Made by a program: the position numbers and the translations under genes
The notes under the pieces: generated by a model
The model's database searches: none
Seen by the model: only the letters and a program-made list of their open reading frames with translations
What the model was told of the DNA's origin: nothing
Shown here: one piece after another, positions 26,980 through 36,813 of the stretch
How positions within the stretch are numbered: the stretch's first letter is position 1
How the letters are laid out: each line of letters opens with the position of its first letter
Origin: Thermomicrobiales bacterium
GTDB taxonomy: Bacteria > Chloroflexota > Chloroflexia > Thermomicrobiales > UBA6265
Reading direction: 5' to 3'
DNA: 64,000 nucleotides
Assembly: GCA_035708745.1 (NCBI GenBank)
Contig: DASTFJ010000169.1
Coordinates: 4,534 to 68,533, forward strand

Positions 26980-27882
26980 CTACCCCTTGATGGCGCCCGC
27001 GGTCAACCCGGCCAGAATCTTGCGCTGGAAGATGAGCACCAGCACGACGAGCGGGACGGTCACGACGACGGCCGCGGCCATGATGCTTCCCCACGGCTCG
27101 TCGTACTGCGTATTTCCGCGGAAGCTGGCGATGGCCGGCTGCACGGTGCGGGCGGCATAGGTGTTGGTGAAGGTCAGTGAGAAGAGGAACTCATTCCATG
27201 CCGCAATGAAGGCGAGCAGACCGGTTGTTACCAGCCCCGGCATCGCCAGTGGCAGCATGATCTTGTAGAACGCCTGGAAGGGGGTCGAGCCATCGACCAG
27301 GGCGGCTTCCTCCAACTCGCCTGGCATCGCCTTGAAGAAGTTCGCCAGCACCCAGACGGTGAATGGGAGCGTGAAGGTCATATAGGTCAGCACCAGGCCG
27401 GGGATGGTGTTGTACAGCTCGAACTGCCGCATCATCTGGAAGAGCGATCCCAGGATGGCGATTGCCGGAAACATCGTCATCGCGAGAATGACATACAGCG
27501 TCGCGTTGCGGCCCCGGAACTTGATGCGGCCAAGCGCGTAGGCTGCCAGCGCGCCGAAGATCAACGCGATGGTGACGGTGGCGACCGACGCAATGATCGA
27601 GTTCCGCAGGGCGTACAGAAAATTGCGCTCGTGGAATACATAATCCAGGTTGCCCCAGTAGAGCTTCGAGGGAAGATATCGCGTCGGAGTCGAGCTGATG
27701 TCCTCGTTCGGCTTCACTGCCGCCAGGACTGCCCAGACGAAGGGGAACAGGGTGTAGATCAGGATGAAGATCACCAGCAGCCAGAACAGCAGTTTGAGAA
27801 CCACGTCGCTGATCTTGAGTTTCCGGCGCTTCAGAGGCTGATCGGTGGGAAGGGTGGAGCGGTCGTATGCGACGGTAGCCAT
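26980..27882 (-). CDS. Carbohydrate ABC transporter permease (MalG/UgpE-like)
   Basis: Six-TM ORF with an EAA-loop-like MPGELEEAALVDGSTPFQAFYKIMLP. Confidence 0.9.
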   Translation of the reverse strand: MATVAYDRSTLPTDQPLKRRKLKISDVVLKLLFWLLVIFILIYTLFPFVWAVLAAVKPNEDISSTPTRYLPSKLYWGNLDYVFHERNFLYALRNSIIASVATVTIALIFGALAAYALGRIKFRGRNATLYVILAMTMFPAIAILGSLFQMMRQFELYNTIPGLVLTYMTFTLPFTVWVLANFFKAMPGELEEAALVDGSTPFQAFYKIMLPLAMPGLVTTGLLAFIAAWNEFLFSLTFTNTYAARTVQPAIASFRGNTQYDEPWGSIMAAAVVVTVPLVVLVLIFQRKILAGLTAGAIKG

Positions 27883-27883
27883 C

Positions 27884-28888
27884 TCAGACTTCCTCCACCT
27901 TCACGAGGCGCGTATAGATCAGAACGAAGACACCGATGCATAAGAAGATGATGACGCTGGCGGCCGATGCGCGCCCCAGGCGGTCACCATCCACGAGGGT
28001 ATTCTGCGTGAAAATCGACAGGGTCAGGGTACTGACGCTGGATCCGAACATGACGTAGATGACGTCGAAGACGCGGAAGGCATCGAGGGTACGGAAGATC
28101 AGCGCCACCAGGATGGCGGGACGGAGCAGTGGAAGTGTGATCTGCCAGAACTGCTTCCATTTGCCGGCGCCGTCGACCACGGCCGCCTCGTAGACATCGC
28201 CTGGGATGATCTGTAATCCGGCCAGCAACAGCAGCGCCATGAAGGGCGTGGTTTTCCAGACATCGACGGCGATCGCGCTGGGAAGCGTCAGGTTCGGCCT
28301 GGCAAGAAATGCGATTTTGTTTTCCGGAAAGATGCCGGCCAGGTCGTCGCCAATGAAGGGGATCCACGAAACGGCGCGCGGTAGTTGATTCACCAGCACG
28401 TCATTGATGACACCGTAGTTGTCGTTGAGCATATATGCCCAAAGCCGTGACGACACAACCGTCGGAATGGCCCAGGGAATCAAAATCGCGGTGCGCACCA
28501 ATCCCCTGGCTTTGAACTGCGAGTGGATGATTAGCGCCACAATCATACCGAGCAGTAGCTCGAGCGTGACCGAAGCAACGGTGAACTTCAGCGTATTTTT
28601 GAATGCAATGCGGAAGGTATCGCTTTCCCACAGATAGCGATAGTTATTGAACCCGATATTTTCGACGGCCCGGTTACTTGCCAGTCGCGCGTTCGTGAAG
28701 CTGAGGCGGAAACTCTGGACGAGCGGATACAGGGCGACGACGGCGACGATGAGAATGCTGGGCAGCACCATGAGCCACGCCAGCCGCTCACGCGACTTGG
28801 CCCATGACGTCTGGGGCCGGTCGGACACCTTGATCGATTTCGACTCGGCTGACGGAACTACGGCACCAGCAGGAGCGTTCTGGCTCAT
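27884..28888 (-). CDS. Carbohydrate ABC transporter permease (MalF/UgpA-like)
   Basis: EAA loop IPGDVYEAAVVDGAGKWKQFWQITLP. Separated by 1 nt from the downstream permease. Confidence 0.9.
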   Translation of the reverse strand: MSQNAPAGAVVPSAESKSIKVSDRPQTSWAKSRERLAWLMVLPSILIVAVVALYPLVQSFRLSFTNARLASNRAVENIGFNNYRYLWESDTFRIAFKNTLKFTVASVTLELLLGMIVALIIHSQFKARGLVRTAILIPWAIPTVVSSRLWAYMLNDNYGVINDVLVNQLPRAVSWIPFIGDDLAGIFPENKIAFLARPNLTLPSAIAVDVWKTTPFMALLLLAGLQIIPGDVYEAAVVDGAGKWKQFWQITLPLLRPAILVALIFRTLDAFRVFDVIYVMFGSSVSTLTLSIFTQNTLVDGDRLGRASAASVIIFLCIGVFVLIYTRLVKVEEV

Positions 28889-28989
28889 GGCAACCCCGCT
28901 TCGATATTGATATATCGATGCCGGGCGGGAGTTGCCCCGCCCGGCTCACGATTGAACGGTCCGTTAGCGCACCGGACCGGTGCTGGCGC

Positions 28990-30420
28990 CTAGTCGGACT
29001 CGAAGACGGCGTTCATGTCCTTTTCCATTTGGGCAGCGGCATCGGCAGCGCTCTTGGCGCCGGCGAGGGCCTGATTGAGCTGCTGGTAGAAGATCGTGGA
29101 GAGCTCTGGATAGAGATCGCCGGTTTGCGCCGACGGTCGACCAACCGCACCCTCGAAGATCGACTTCATCTGCGGGATGAAATCGCTGGCCTCGGCCAAA
29201 GCCGGGTCGTCATATACCGCCGGGATGGTGGGCATGTGGGTGCGCTCGATCGCATACGAGAGCTGCAGCTCGGGGCTCACCATGTATTTGACGAACTCGA
29301 TGGCGGCGTCCTGGTTCTCGCTGTACTTGGACACCATCATCGACCAACCGCCGATGGTCGCCGCGCTCTTGTCTTCCGCCCCTTCGCCCTTTGGCAGCGG
29401 CGAGAAGCCAACTTTGCCCTTGGTCGCGTCGCTGTCCTGGCTACCGGCGTACATATACGGCCAGTTGCGGGCAAAAGCAGCGTTGCCAGCGACCCAGATA
29501 TTGAAGGTTTCGGTCTCGGTATAGGTCGTCACGCCCTCGGGGGAGATGCCGTTGACCCATTTGGAGGCGCGGTCCATCGCGGCGATCGCTTTGTCGTTGT
29601 TGACGGTGACATTGCGATCGGTGTCGATGATGGTGCCACCGCCCTGGGAGACCAGCCATTCGAGACCGTTGCAGGTCAGGCCCTCATAAGCCTTGCCCTG
29701 CCAAACGAACCCGGTGAAGTCCGGATTGCTGGCGTTCTCGCCTTCCTTGATCGCTTGTGCAGCGGCTTCGAGGTCGGCCCAGGTGGCAGGAGCCTCAAGG
29801 GAGTACTTCTCGAGCAGGTCGGTACGGTAGTAGAGCAGGCCGGCGTCGGTGAACCACGGAATTCCAGAGAGGGTTCCATCGACCGTGTTGGCTTCGATGA
29901 TGCCGGGGAAGAAGGCGTCAACCTTATCGCCGAAGGCTTCGGTCAGATCCACCGCGTGCTCAGCGATAACGCCGGGCCAGATGATGTCGATCTGATACGC
30001 GTCGATATCGGACGCCTGCGCGGCGAACTGCTGGCGCATGGCCTGCAGGCGGGCATCGGTCTGATTCTCGCCATTGACCAGATTCACTTTGATACCGGTG
30101 GCATCGGTAAATTTCTGCAAGGCAGCCTGGTTCCACGGCAGGTCGGGATCGGAGGCCGACGGACCCATCCATGCGATTTCGGCGCCGGTGAGGTCGGTGC
30201 GAAGGTCGGCCGGCACAGTGATGGTGCTACCGGCATTGGCATCGGGAACCGGAGTCGCGTCTTGCGCCATTGCCGGAGCGGCGCCGCGCATGATCGAGAG
30301 CACCGGCAACATCACACCCGCCGCCGCGGCGCTCTTCAGAAGCTGGCGGCGATCGATGCGGCCACCCATGTAATCACGAAGCAGACCAATTGTGGCCTGA
30401 CGTCGATCACTTGTGTTCAC
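28990..30420 (-). CDS. Sugar ABC transporter extracellular solute-binding protein (family 1), Tat-type signal
   Basis: Start set at GTG 30420 (GAGGAGG 5 nt upstream). Twin-arginine signal GGRIDRRQLLKSAAAAGVMLPVL...APAMAQD. SBP_bac_1-like body. Confidence 0.9.
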   Translation of the reverse strand: MNTSDRRQATIGLLRDYMGGRIDRRQLLKSAAAAGVMLPVLSIMRGAAPAMAQDATPVPDANAGSTITVPADLRTDLTGAEIAWMGPSASDPDLPWNQAALQKFTDATGIKVNLVNGENQTDARLQAMRQQFAAQASDIDAYQIDIIWPGVIAEHAVDLTEAFGDKVDAFFPGIIEANTVDGTLSGIPWFTDAGLLYYRTDLLEKYSLEAPATWADLEAAAQAIKEGENASNPDFTGFVWQGKAYEGLTCNGLEWLVSQGGGTIIDTDRNVTVNNDKAIAAMDRASKWVNGISPEGVTTYTETETFNIWVAGNAAFARNWPYMYAGSQDSDATKGKVGFSPLPKGEGAEDKSAATIGGWSMMVSKYSENQDAAIEFVKYMVSPELQLSYAIERTHMPTIPAVYDDPALAEASDFIPQMKSIFEGAVGRPSAQTGDLYPELSTIFYQQLNQALAGAKSAADAAAQMEKDMNAVFESD

Positions 30421-30456
30421 GTGTACCTCCTCGTAAAACGAATACGCCTTTGAACG

Positions 30457-30480
30457 TGCTGCATCCACCTCGGTGCAGCA
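30457..30480 (-). promoter_or_regulatory. 7-bp perfect inverted repeat in the leader of the SBP gene (operator or leader hairpin candidate)
   Basis: TGCTGCA (30457-30463) / TGCAGCA (30474-30480) with a 10-nt loop, 37-60 nt upstream of the SBP start. A possible promoter lies further upstream on the minus strand (TTGACG 30591-30586, TACAAA 30567-30562, 18-nt spacer). Confidence 0.3.
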
Positions 30481-30610
30481 GGAGCCGCGTCACGCCGCGG
30501 GGTTGCTACTCGCCAATCGAGTGAACTGGTCGCTCTGCGACACGGTTTGGCCCTTTCTCTGTTTGTACTCCCATCGCAGGAAAGGCGTCAAGTTTGGGCA
30601 GCCCGCTGTG

Positions 30611-32131
30611 CTAAACGCCCAAAGGAGTGTCGATGGCGGGAAACAACGTTTGTAAGCGCCGATAAAGGTCTCGATAGATTATATATCCGCGTTCGTATCG
30701 TATGGCCGCGGCCGGATCGGGCACATTGACAGAGCGATCCGTCAGGAATCGGTCGATTTCCTCCCAATGCGCGAAGAGTCCATGCGCTTTTCCGGCGACG
30801 AACGCCACCCCCAGCACCGATCCGGGGTGGTTGCGGAAGGAGGTGACCGGCTCGTTGAGAACATCGGCGGCGATCTGCCGCCAGAGTGAGCTGCTGACCC
30901 CGCCATTGGTCGCCAGGAAGCGGTTTGGGTGCAATCCCGCGTCCTTCAGAACATCGACATGGTGCCGGAAACCATACATAACGGCTTCGAGTGTGGCGCG
31001 GAAGAGGTGCGCGCGTGTGTGGGAGAGATCGAGCCCGAAGATGACGCCACGCGCCTGCAGATCCATGATTGGCGTTTTCTCTCCCAAAAAATAGGGAAGA
31101 ATGGTCACACCGTCGGAGCCGGCCGGAATGACAGCGGCTTCGCGGTCGAGCTCGATGAGCGTCGATTTTGCGGTGCTGAGTCCGAGAATCTCGGAGACGT
31201 ACCACTTCACCAGCGAACCGCTGGCCGCCATGCAGCCATTGAGCAGGAACTTCCCCGGAATGTCATGCGCGTCGATGAACAGCGATGGATGCGTGATCGG
31301 CTCGGCGGAGCAATAGAGGATATCCCCCGCGCCGCCGAACTTGATCAGGATGTCGCCGTCTTCCCGAAGTCCTGCCGCGAGGGCAGAGGCGATGTGGTCG
31401 GCGCTGCCGGCGACGATCGGAATGCCGGTGGGCAGCCCAGTCGCATCTGACGCCCCTTCGCTCAGGGAACCGACCGTATCGGTCGGTTCGTGCACTGGCG
31501 GGAAGTACGAGAGGTCGAGATCGACCGCTTCCAGCAGCTCCGGAACCCAGCGCCGCTCGCGGAAATCGTAGAGACCCGATTCGATTGCCCAATTCAGCTC
31601 GAGACTGCACGTTGCTGGTTCAGCCCCGCACAGCCAGGCGGTGACCAGATCGTAGGAACCGAGAATGGTCTTGGTCCGTGCCCACGCGTCCGGCTCGTGC
31701 CGCTGCACCCAGAGAAGCCGCGGCGCGATGTGTTGCTGGTTGGTATAGCCGCCGGTGCGGTGGTAGAGCGCGTCCTGATCGATGCGGGATGCGAGCTCGG
31801 CGACTTCCACGATCGTGCGGGCGTCGTTTTGCTGAATCGACGGCCGCACCGGCGTGCCAGCTGCATCGAGCAGCACCAATGCCGGCACCATGCCGCTGAC
31901 GCCAATGGCCGCGATGCCATCGCGGTCGAGCTCCGGATGCTGACTCAATTGCCGAAGTGCGGCTCTGGTCCCGGCAATCCAGTCGGCCGGATCCTCTTCC
32001 GCCCAACCGGTGTGCGGCGAGTGCAGATCGTACTCGACCGTTGCGCTGGCGAGCAGCCGCCCATCGACGTCGATGAGGGCGGCCTTGACTCCCGTGGTGC
32101 CAATATCGACCCCGATTGCCTGGTGCTTCAC
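30611..32131 (-). CDS. FGGY-family carbohydrate kinase
   Basis: N-terminal AIGVDIGTTGVKAALID, with FGGY N and C domains throughout (506 aa). Confidence 0.9.
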   Translation of the reverse strand: MKHQAIGVDIGTTGVKAALIDVDGRLLASATVEYDLHSPHTGWAEEDPADWIAGTRAALRQLSQHPELDRDGIAAIGVSGMVPALVLLDAAGTPVRPSIQQNDARTIVEVAELASRIDQDALYHRTGGYTNQQHIAPRLLWVQRHEPDAWARTKTILGSYDLVTAWLCGAEPATCSLELNWAIESGLYDFRERRWVPELLEAVDLDLSYFPPVHEPTDTVGSLSEGASDATGLPTGIPIVAGSADHIASALAAGLREDGDILIKFGGAGDILYCSAEPITHPSLFIDAHDIPGKFLLNGCMAASGSLVKWYVSEILGLSTAKSTLIELDREAAVIPAGSDGVTILPYFLGEKTPIMDLQARGVIFGLDLSHTRAHLFRATLEAVMYGFRHHVDVLKDAGLHPNRFLATNGGVSSSLWRQIAADVLNEPVTSFRNHPGSVLGVAFVAGKAHGLFAHWEEIDRFLTDRSVNVPDPAAAIRYERGYIIYRDLYRRLQTLFPAIDTPLGV

Positions 32132-32135
32132 GATA

Positions 32136-32960
32136 CTAGCTACCGGAAACCTGGCGTACTTCGGCCATCAGTGCTTTGACGCGTGCCTGGTCGACCGGAT
32201 TCCATGTGATGCCGTCGACCTTCAGGCTCGATCCGACGATGGCGCCATCGGCGTATTGCAGGAGCTCGGCCGCGTTCGAGACTTTGAAGCCGGTGTTGAC
32301 CAGCACCGGAACCCCACTTCCCTCGATCGCTCGCGTTACTTCGGCCAGCGCCGAGGCATCGGCCGGTTGGCTGGTGATCGGCCCGGACACGCAGATCGCG
32401 TCGGGTGACGAAGAAAAAACGACCGACCTGGCGACATCGGGCACCGACCGTGGCGCGATTGGCGCGGCGAATTCGGCATTGATGTTGAAGATCATCTTGA
32501 TGTTCTGGGCGCCGATCTGCCGGCGATACCGCCATGAGTCGCCAGCCGACCGCACCCACAATCCGAAATCGCCTCCGAAGGCGCCGGTGAAGATCTCGCG
32601 GCAAAAGCTTGCGCCGGTCGCGGCCGCAACCGCCAGGGTGGCGGTCGGATCCCAGAGCACATTGACGCCGAACGGAACCGAGCACTCGTCGCGCATGGCG
32701 GCGACGGTATCGGCCATCGCGGCAACGGACGCGAAATCGGAATCGAGCCGGTAGGGACGGTCGTTTTCATTGCAGAACATGACCGCATCGATGCCGCCGC
32801 ATTGGAGTGCGTCGAGATCGCGCCTCACCCATTCGCGGATTCCGTTCATACCGGTCGACTCGTCGTACAGCGGTGTGCCCGGCAATGCCGGTAGATGCAC
32901 CATCCCGATGATCGTTTTCGACTCGCCCGTCAGCTCTCGCAGCCAGTTACCGCCCGTCAT
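32136..32960 (-). CDS. BtpA/SgcQ family TIM-barrel protein
   Basis: Start at ATG 32960 (AGGAGG upstream). Family signature IIGMVHLPALPGTPLYD...GGIDAVMFCNENDRPY. Confidence 0.8.
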   Translation of the reverse strand: MTGGNWLRELTGESKTIIGMVHLPALPGTPLYDESTGMNGIREWVRRDLDALQCGGIDAVMFCNENDRPYRLDSDFASVAAMADTVAAMRDECSVPFGVNVLWDPTATLAVAAATGASFCREIFTGAFGGDFGLWVRSAGDSWRYRRQIGAQNIKMIFNINAEFAAPIAPRSVPDVARSVVFSSSPDAICVSGPITSQPADASALAEVTRAIEGSGVPVLVNTGFKVSNAAELLQYADGAIVGSSLKVDGITWNPVDQARVKALMAEVRQVSGS

Positions 32961-33085
32961 TTGTCCTCCTGAGACTTCACGTCGATTCTTTGATGAGCAT
33001 AGCCGAATTGAGCCCGAGGTCCTGAACCCTGGGCCCTGAGACGTTTTGGAGCAGGCTGACAGCGGCAGCGAGCACACAGTATTTT

Positions 33086-33115
33086 GCAGTCAGCAGTCAG
33101 CAGTCAGCAGTCAGC
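33086..33115. repeat. GCAGTCA heptanucleotide microsatellite (4 perfect tandem copies plus a partial)
   Basis: GCAGTCA x4 at 33086-33113, then GC, about 125 nt upstream of the BtpA start in the 212-bp intergenic region. Confidence 0.9.
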
Positions 33116-33172
33116 GTTTGGGCACGAGCGGGCAGAGATGCCCTCCGCTACGATCGTCGCAAGGCGCAGGTG

Positions 33173-33586
33173 TCAGTTGTTCGGTGTCTCGTAGCGGCCC
33201 GATTTTGCGGTGAGACGCAGGCGGAAAACGATCGAGTGGTCGCCCATGACTACCGGCACGCCGGTTGCTCCTTCGAGCAGGGCGACTGCCATCTGGATCT
33301 CATCCGCGTCGGTGACTTCCTCGTAGTCGCCTTCGGCGACCACGCTCTGCCAGGTGTCGGATGCCTCGACGCGATCCACTTCGAACGAGATGCGCGGGTC
33401 GGCTTGCATCAGCTCGATCTTGCGGCCCGGTCCACTGACGGCATAGATCGATTCGCCATCGTAGGCGTATGCCAGGGGAACCAGATAGGGTCGCTCGCCG
33501 ACTGCATTGCAGGCAATTCGCCCGACGATCTCTGCGGAGAGGAGGGCCTCGATCCGTTCCGGCTCCAGATGCTGAATCAGCCCCAT
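33173..33586 (-). CDS. Pyridoxamine 5'-phosphate oxidase-family (FMN-binding split barrel) protein
   Basis: Start at ATG 33586 (MGLIQHLEPERIEALLSAEIVGRIAC...PYLVPLAYAYDGESIY...), overlapping the upstream gene's end by 10 nt. Confidence 0.7.
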   Translation of the reverse strand: MGLIQHLEPERIEALLSAEIVGRIACNAVGERPYLVPLAYAYDGESIYAVSGPGRKIELMQADPRISFEVDRVEASDTWQSVVAEGDYEEVTDADEIQMAVALLEGATGVPVVMGDHSIVFRLRLTAKSGRYETPNN

Positions 33587-34605
33587 CGCTCTTCCCCGAC
33601 CGTGAACGCGACCCGCTGGATCTCGTTCATGAAATAGCCCTTCTGATTCCAGAATGCTTTCCACGGCTGTTGTAAGCCGCGGCGGTCGGTGGCGCGGGCC
33701 AGTATTTCATGGCGGCCAGGATCGAGCTCCAGCCGCTGCTCCCAGCGCACCCAGGAATAGGGACCTGCTTCCTCGACGATAACGGCTGGCTGCCAGCTTT
33801 CGCCGTTGTCCAGACTGGTTTCGACCCGAGCGATGCCGCCGTACCCCGACCAGGCGAAGCCACTCGCCACCGAAAGCGGCGTGACCGTCGCTCCCTCGTC
33901 CGGGGAGTCGATGATCGATTTCACCGGCATCTCGCGCACCGGCTGCACCGGCGTTCCATCGGCGTCGTAAACGACGTAGAGATCGCCCTGGAATGGACCG
34001 ACGAACGGCTCGTCACGCACGGTCAGCCGCGTAAGCCACTTGGTCGAGGCAATTCCGGCCCAGCCGGGCACGATCAACCGCGCCGGGAAACCATGTGCCA
34101 CCGGCAGCGGCGCGCCGTTCATGCGCAGGGCGATGAGTGTGCTCGGTTCCTGCGCCAGACTGACCGGGATTCCCCGCTGCATCGTTTCCAGATCGCCGCC
34201 CTGGGAGACCACCTCGACACCGCTCGGCTCGACTCCGGCCAGCGCCAGAATTTCGGGCAACGGGACACCGCCCCAGACAGCGTTGCCCGCGGCATCGTTT
34301 TTCCAGGTCGTCCCTTCGGCCGCAGGTTGGAAGCGCGAGCGCCCATTTCCGGTGCATTCGAGGAATGAGGCCAGCTCGACCTGCGGCATCGCCTGCAGAT
34401 CGGCGAGCGAGAGCTCGACCGAGCGCTCGACCTCGCCGTCGATGGTCAAGGTCCAGGTGTCCGGGTCGATGTCCGGAATGGCGGCGTTCGAACGGACGAA
34501 AAAGAGATCGTTCGGGACATAGAAGCCATCCAGCAAACCCAGATCCATACCGAGATTGGTGGCTCCATAGGGAATCAGACGGTCGTCTTTGCCGGGAATG
34601 GTCAC
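33577..34605 (-). CDS. Sulfite oxidase-like molybdopterin oxidoreductase (Mo-binding plus dimerisation domains), no signal peptide
   Basis: Moco-Cys region FLECTGNGRSRF, followed by an Ig-like dimerisation domain. GTG start at 34605 overlaps the prmC stop (GTGA). Confidence 0.85.
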   Translation of the reverse strand: MTIPGKDDRLIPYGATNLGMDLGLLDGFYVPNDLFFVRSNAAIPDIDPDTWTLTIDGEVERSVELSLADLQAMPQVELASFLECTGNGRSRFQPAAEGTTWKNDAAGNAVWGGVPLPEILALAGVEPSGVEVVSQGGDLETMQRGIPVSLAQEPSTLIALRMNGAPLPVAHGFPARLIVPGWAGIASTKWLTRLTVRDEPFVGPFQGDLYVVYDADGTPVQPVREMPVKSIIDSPDEGATVTPLSVASGFAWSGYGGIARVETSLDNGESWQPAVIVEEAGPYSWVRWEQRLELDPGRHEILARATDRRGLQQPWKAFWNQKGYFMNEIQRVAFTVGEERWG

Positions 34606-35567
34606 GGTGCGGTCTCCTGGCGCTCGATGGAAACGAACCGGTCGCGGCCGGTCAGATCGGGAACGATGATGACATCCGCGGTGGGAAAGCGCGCGGCGGC
34701 TAGCGCGCGTACGGCATCAGCATGGTCGGGATCGAGCTCGACGATCATCCCGAATCTCGGAGCAGCGACCCCGGCTGCCTGATCGAGGATGCGCTCGATC
34801 AGCTCGAGGCCGCGCTTGCCGCCGTCGAGCGCCAACCGCGGCTCGGCTGCAATTTCATCATTGCCGTCGATCTGATCGGGACGAAGATACGGCGGGTTGG
34901 TCAGGATCACATCCCATGGCCCGGTCGTCCAGAACAGGAGATCGCCCTGGACCAGCCCGACCTGATCGTGAAGCCCAAACGCCAGCCTGTTTGCCCGCGC
35001 ATACCGCAATGCCTCTGCTGAGATATCCGAACCCGTAATCCGTACCTCCCGCCGGTCGTAGCGAAGGGCCCCCGTGCCCTCCCGGTTCTCCTTGCCGCTT
35101 TCCGGACTGTTAGCTGTCATCGCCAACGAGAGCGCAATTGCGCCGCTGCCGGTGCAGAGATCGAGCACGCGTACCAGTCCGACTGGCCAAAGCCGATCGA
35201 TCATCCCGACGGCGCGTTCGACCAAGATCTCGGTTTCCGGACGGGGCACCAGCACACCCGGCCCCACCTGCATGTCGTGGCCCATGAACTCGCGATGACC
35301 GATGAGATAGGCGACCGGCTCGCCAGCCAGGCGCCGCGCCACGAGCGTATCGAACGCTTCGATGGTATCCGAGCCAATGAGATCGCCGGCGTCGATCGCC
35401 AGCCTGGTACGCGTCGTTTCGAGGAGATGACCGAGCAGCAGCTCGGCATCGAGCCGCGGAGTAGCGATCGCGGCAGAGCGCATTCGGGATGTCGCCAACG
35501 CAAGCGCCCCGCCGATGGTTTCGACGGGGCGCTCCTGGCTCATGATTGGGGGAACCGCTGGAATCAA
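34602..35567 (-). CDS. prmC: Release factor glutamine N5-methyltransferase
   Basis: SAM motif [12 protein letters not shown] and catalytic LTNPPYL. The TTG at 35567 overlaps the prfA stop; an alternative ATG is at 35543. Confidence 0.9.
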   Translation of the reverse strand: MIPAVPPIMSQERPVETIGGALALATSRMRSAAIATPRLDAELLLGHLLETTRTRLAIDAGDLIGSDTIEAFDTLVARRLAGEPVAYLIGHREFMGHDMQVGPGVLVPRPETEILVERAVGMIDRLWPVGLVRVLDLCTGSGAIALSLAMTANSPESGKENREGTGALRYDRREVRITGSDISAEALRYARANRLAFGLHDQVGLVQGDLLFWTTGPWDVILTNPPYLRPDQIDGNDEIAAEPRLALDGGKRGLELIERILDQAAGVAAPRFGMIVELDPDHADAVRALAAARFPTADVIIVPDLTGRDRFVSIERQETAP

Positions 35568-36667
35568 GCCGCGACGAATGCGCGCTCGTCGAGCAGCCCA
35601 GCTTCGGCCAGACGGTTGGCTTCGTCGGCGGCGCGCAGCTCTTGCAGGAGCGTGTCGATCTGCCCGTCCATCACTCGGGGGATATTGCTGAGATCCAGTT
35701 TGATGCGATGGTCGGAAATGCGGTCCTGCGGGTAGTTGTAGGTGCGAATCTTCTCGCTGCGTTCGGCGCTGCCGATTTGCGATTTGCGCGCGTCGCCACG
35801 TTCGGCTGCCAGCCGCTCCTGCTCCGCCTCGTAGAGTCGCGAGCGCAAAATGGTCATCGCTTTCAGCTTGTTCTTGAGCTGGCTGCGCTCGTCCTGGCAG
35901 GCGACGACCAGACCGGTCGGGATATGCGTGATACGGACGGCTGAATCCGTGGTATTGACACTTTGGCCGCCATTGCCCGAGGAGCGATAGACATCGATGC
36001 GCAAATCGTTGTCGCTAATCTGGATGTCGACTTCTTCCGCTTCCGGCAGGACAGCCACACTGGCGGTGGACGTGTGGATGCGTCCCTGGCTCTCGGTGGC
36101 GGGCACGCGTTGCACGCGGTGCACGCCGCTTTCATAGCGCAGATAGCTGTAGGCGTTCTTGCCGGTCACCTGGAAGATAATTTCGCGGTATCCGCCGCCA
36201 TCGGTTTCGGTGGCGGACAGGATCTCGACTTTCCAGCGCTGCCGCTCGGCATAGCGGGCGTACATGCGGAAAAGATCGGCCGCGAAGAGCGCTGCTTCGT
36301 CGCCGCCGGTGCCGGCGCGGATTTCGACGATGACGTTCTTGGCGTCGTTCGGATCCTTTGGCACCAGCAGCGCCTTGATGCGGCTCATGAGCCGTTCCTG
36401 CTGCTCCTTGAGCATGCGCATCTCTTCGGCCGCCATAGAGGCCATCTCCGGATCGGAGTCGTTGGCCAGCAGCTCGGCATCGGCGATTGCCGATTCGGTC
36501 GCTTCGAATTCGGTGTAGGAGCTGACGACCTCTTCCAGCTCGGCCCGCTCGCGGCCGATCTCTTGCAGCCGGGTGGGGTCGGTGGAAATGGCAGGATCGG
36601 CGAAGAGCTCGTCCAGCTCCTTATACCGGCGATTGATATCGCCGAGGGTTTCCATGAGTTTGCTCAT
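35564..36667 (-). CDS. prfA: Peptide chain release factor 1
   Basis: RF1-specific PAT tripeptide ([14 protein letters not shown]) and GGQ ([12 protein letters not shown]). Confidence 0.95.
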   Translation of the reverse strand: MSKLMETLGDINRRYKELDELFADPAISTDPTRLQEIGRERAELEEVVSSYTEFEATESAIADAELLANDSDPEMASMAAEEMRMLKEQQERLMSRIKALLVPKDPNDAKNVIVEIRAGTGGDEAALFAADLFRMYARYAERQRWKVEILSATETDGGGYREIIFQVTGKNAYSYLRYESGVHRVQRVPATESQGRIHTSTASVAVLPEAEEVDIQISDNDLRIDVYRSSGNGGQSVNTTDSAVRITHIPTGLVVACQDERSQLKNKLKAMTILRSRLYEAEQERLAAERGDARKSQIGSAERSEKIRTYNYPQDRISDHRIKLDLSNIPRVMDGQIDTLLQELRAADEANRLAEAGLLDERAFVAA

Positions 36668-36813
36668 TCGGACTACGATCCTGATTCGCTAGTTGGCACG
36701 TCGGGATTTCACCAGCGCGAGCCCGCGCCGTGCGACCCTGTAGTTTAGCAGCAATGCGGCAGGGCTTCTCGATTGTTCCGAGCTGAATCGACCTCGGCGA
36801 TCGACAGGCGGTT

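Noticed and set aside
33086-33115. Possible CRISPR array
   Set aside because: The unit is 7 nt with no spacers. It is a simple microsatellite. No cas genes or 25-40 nt repeat/spacer periodicity occur anywhere in the window.
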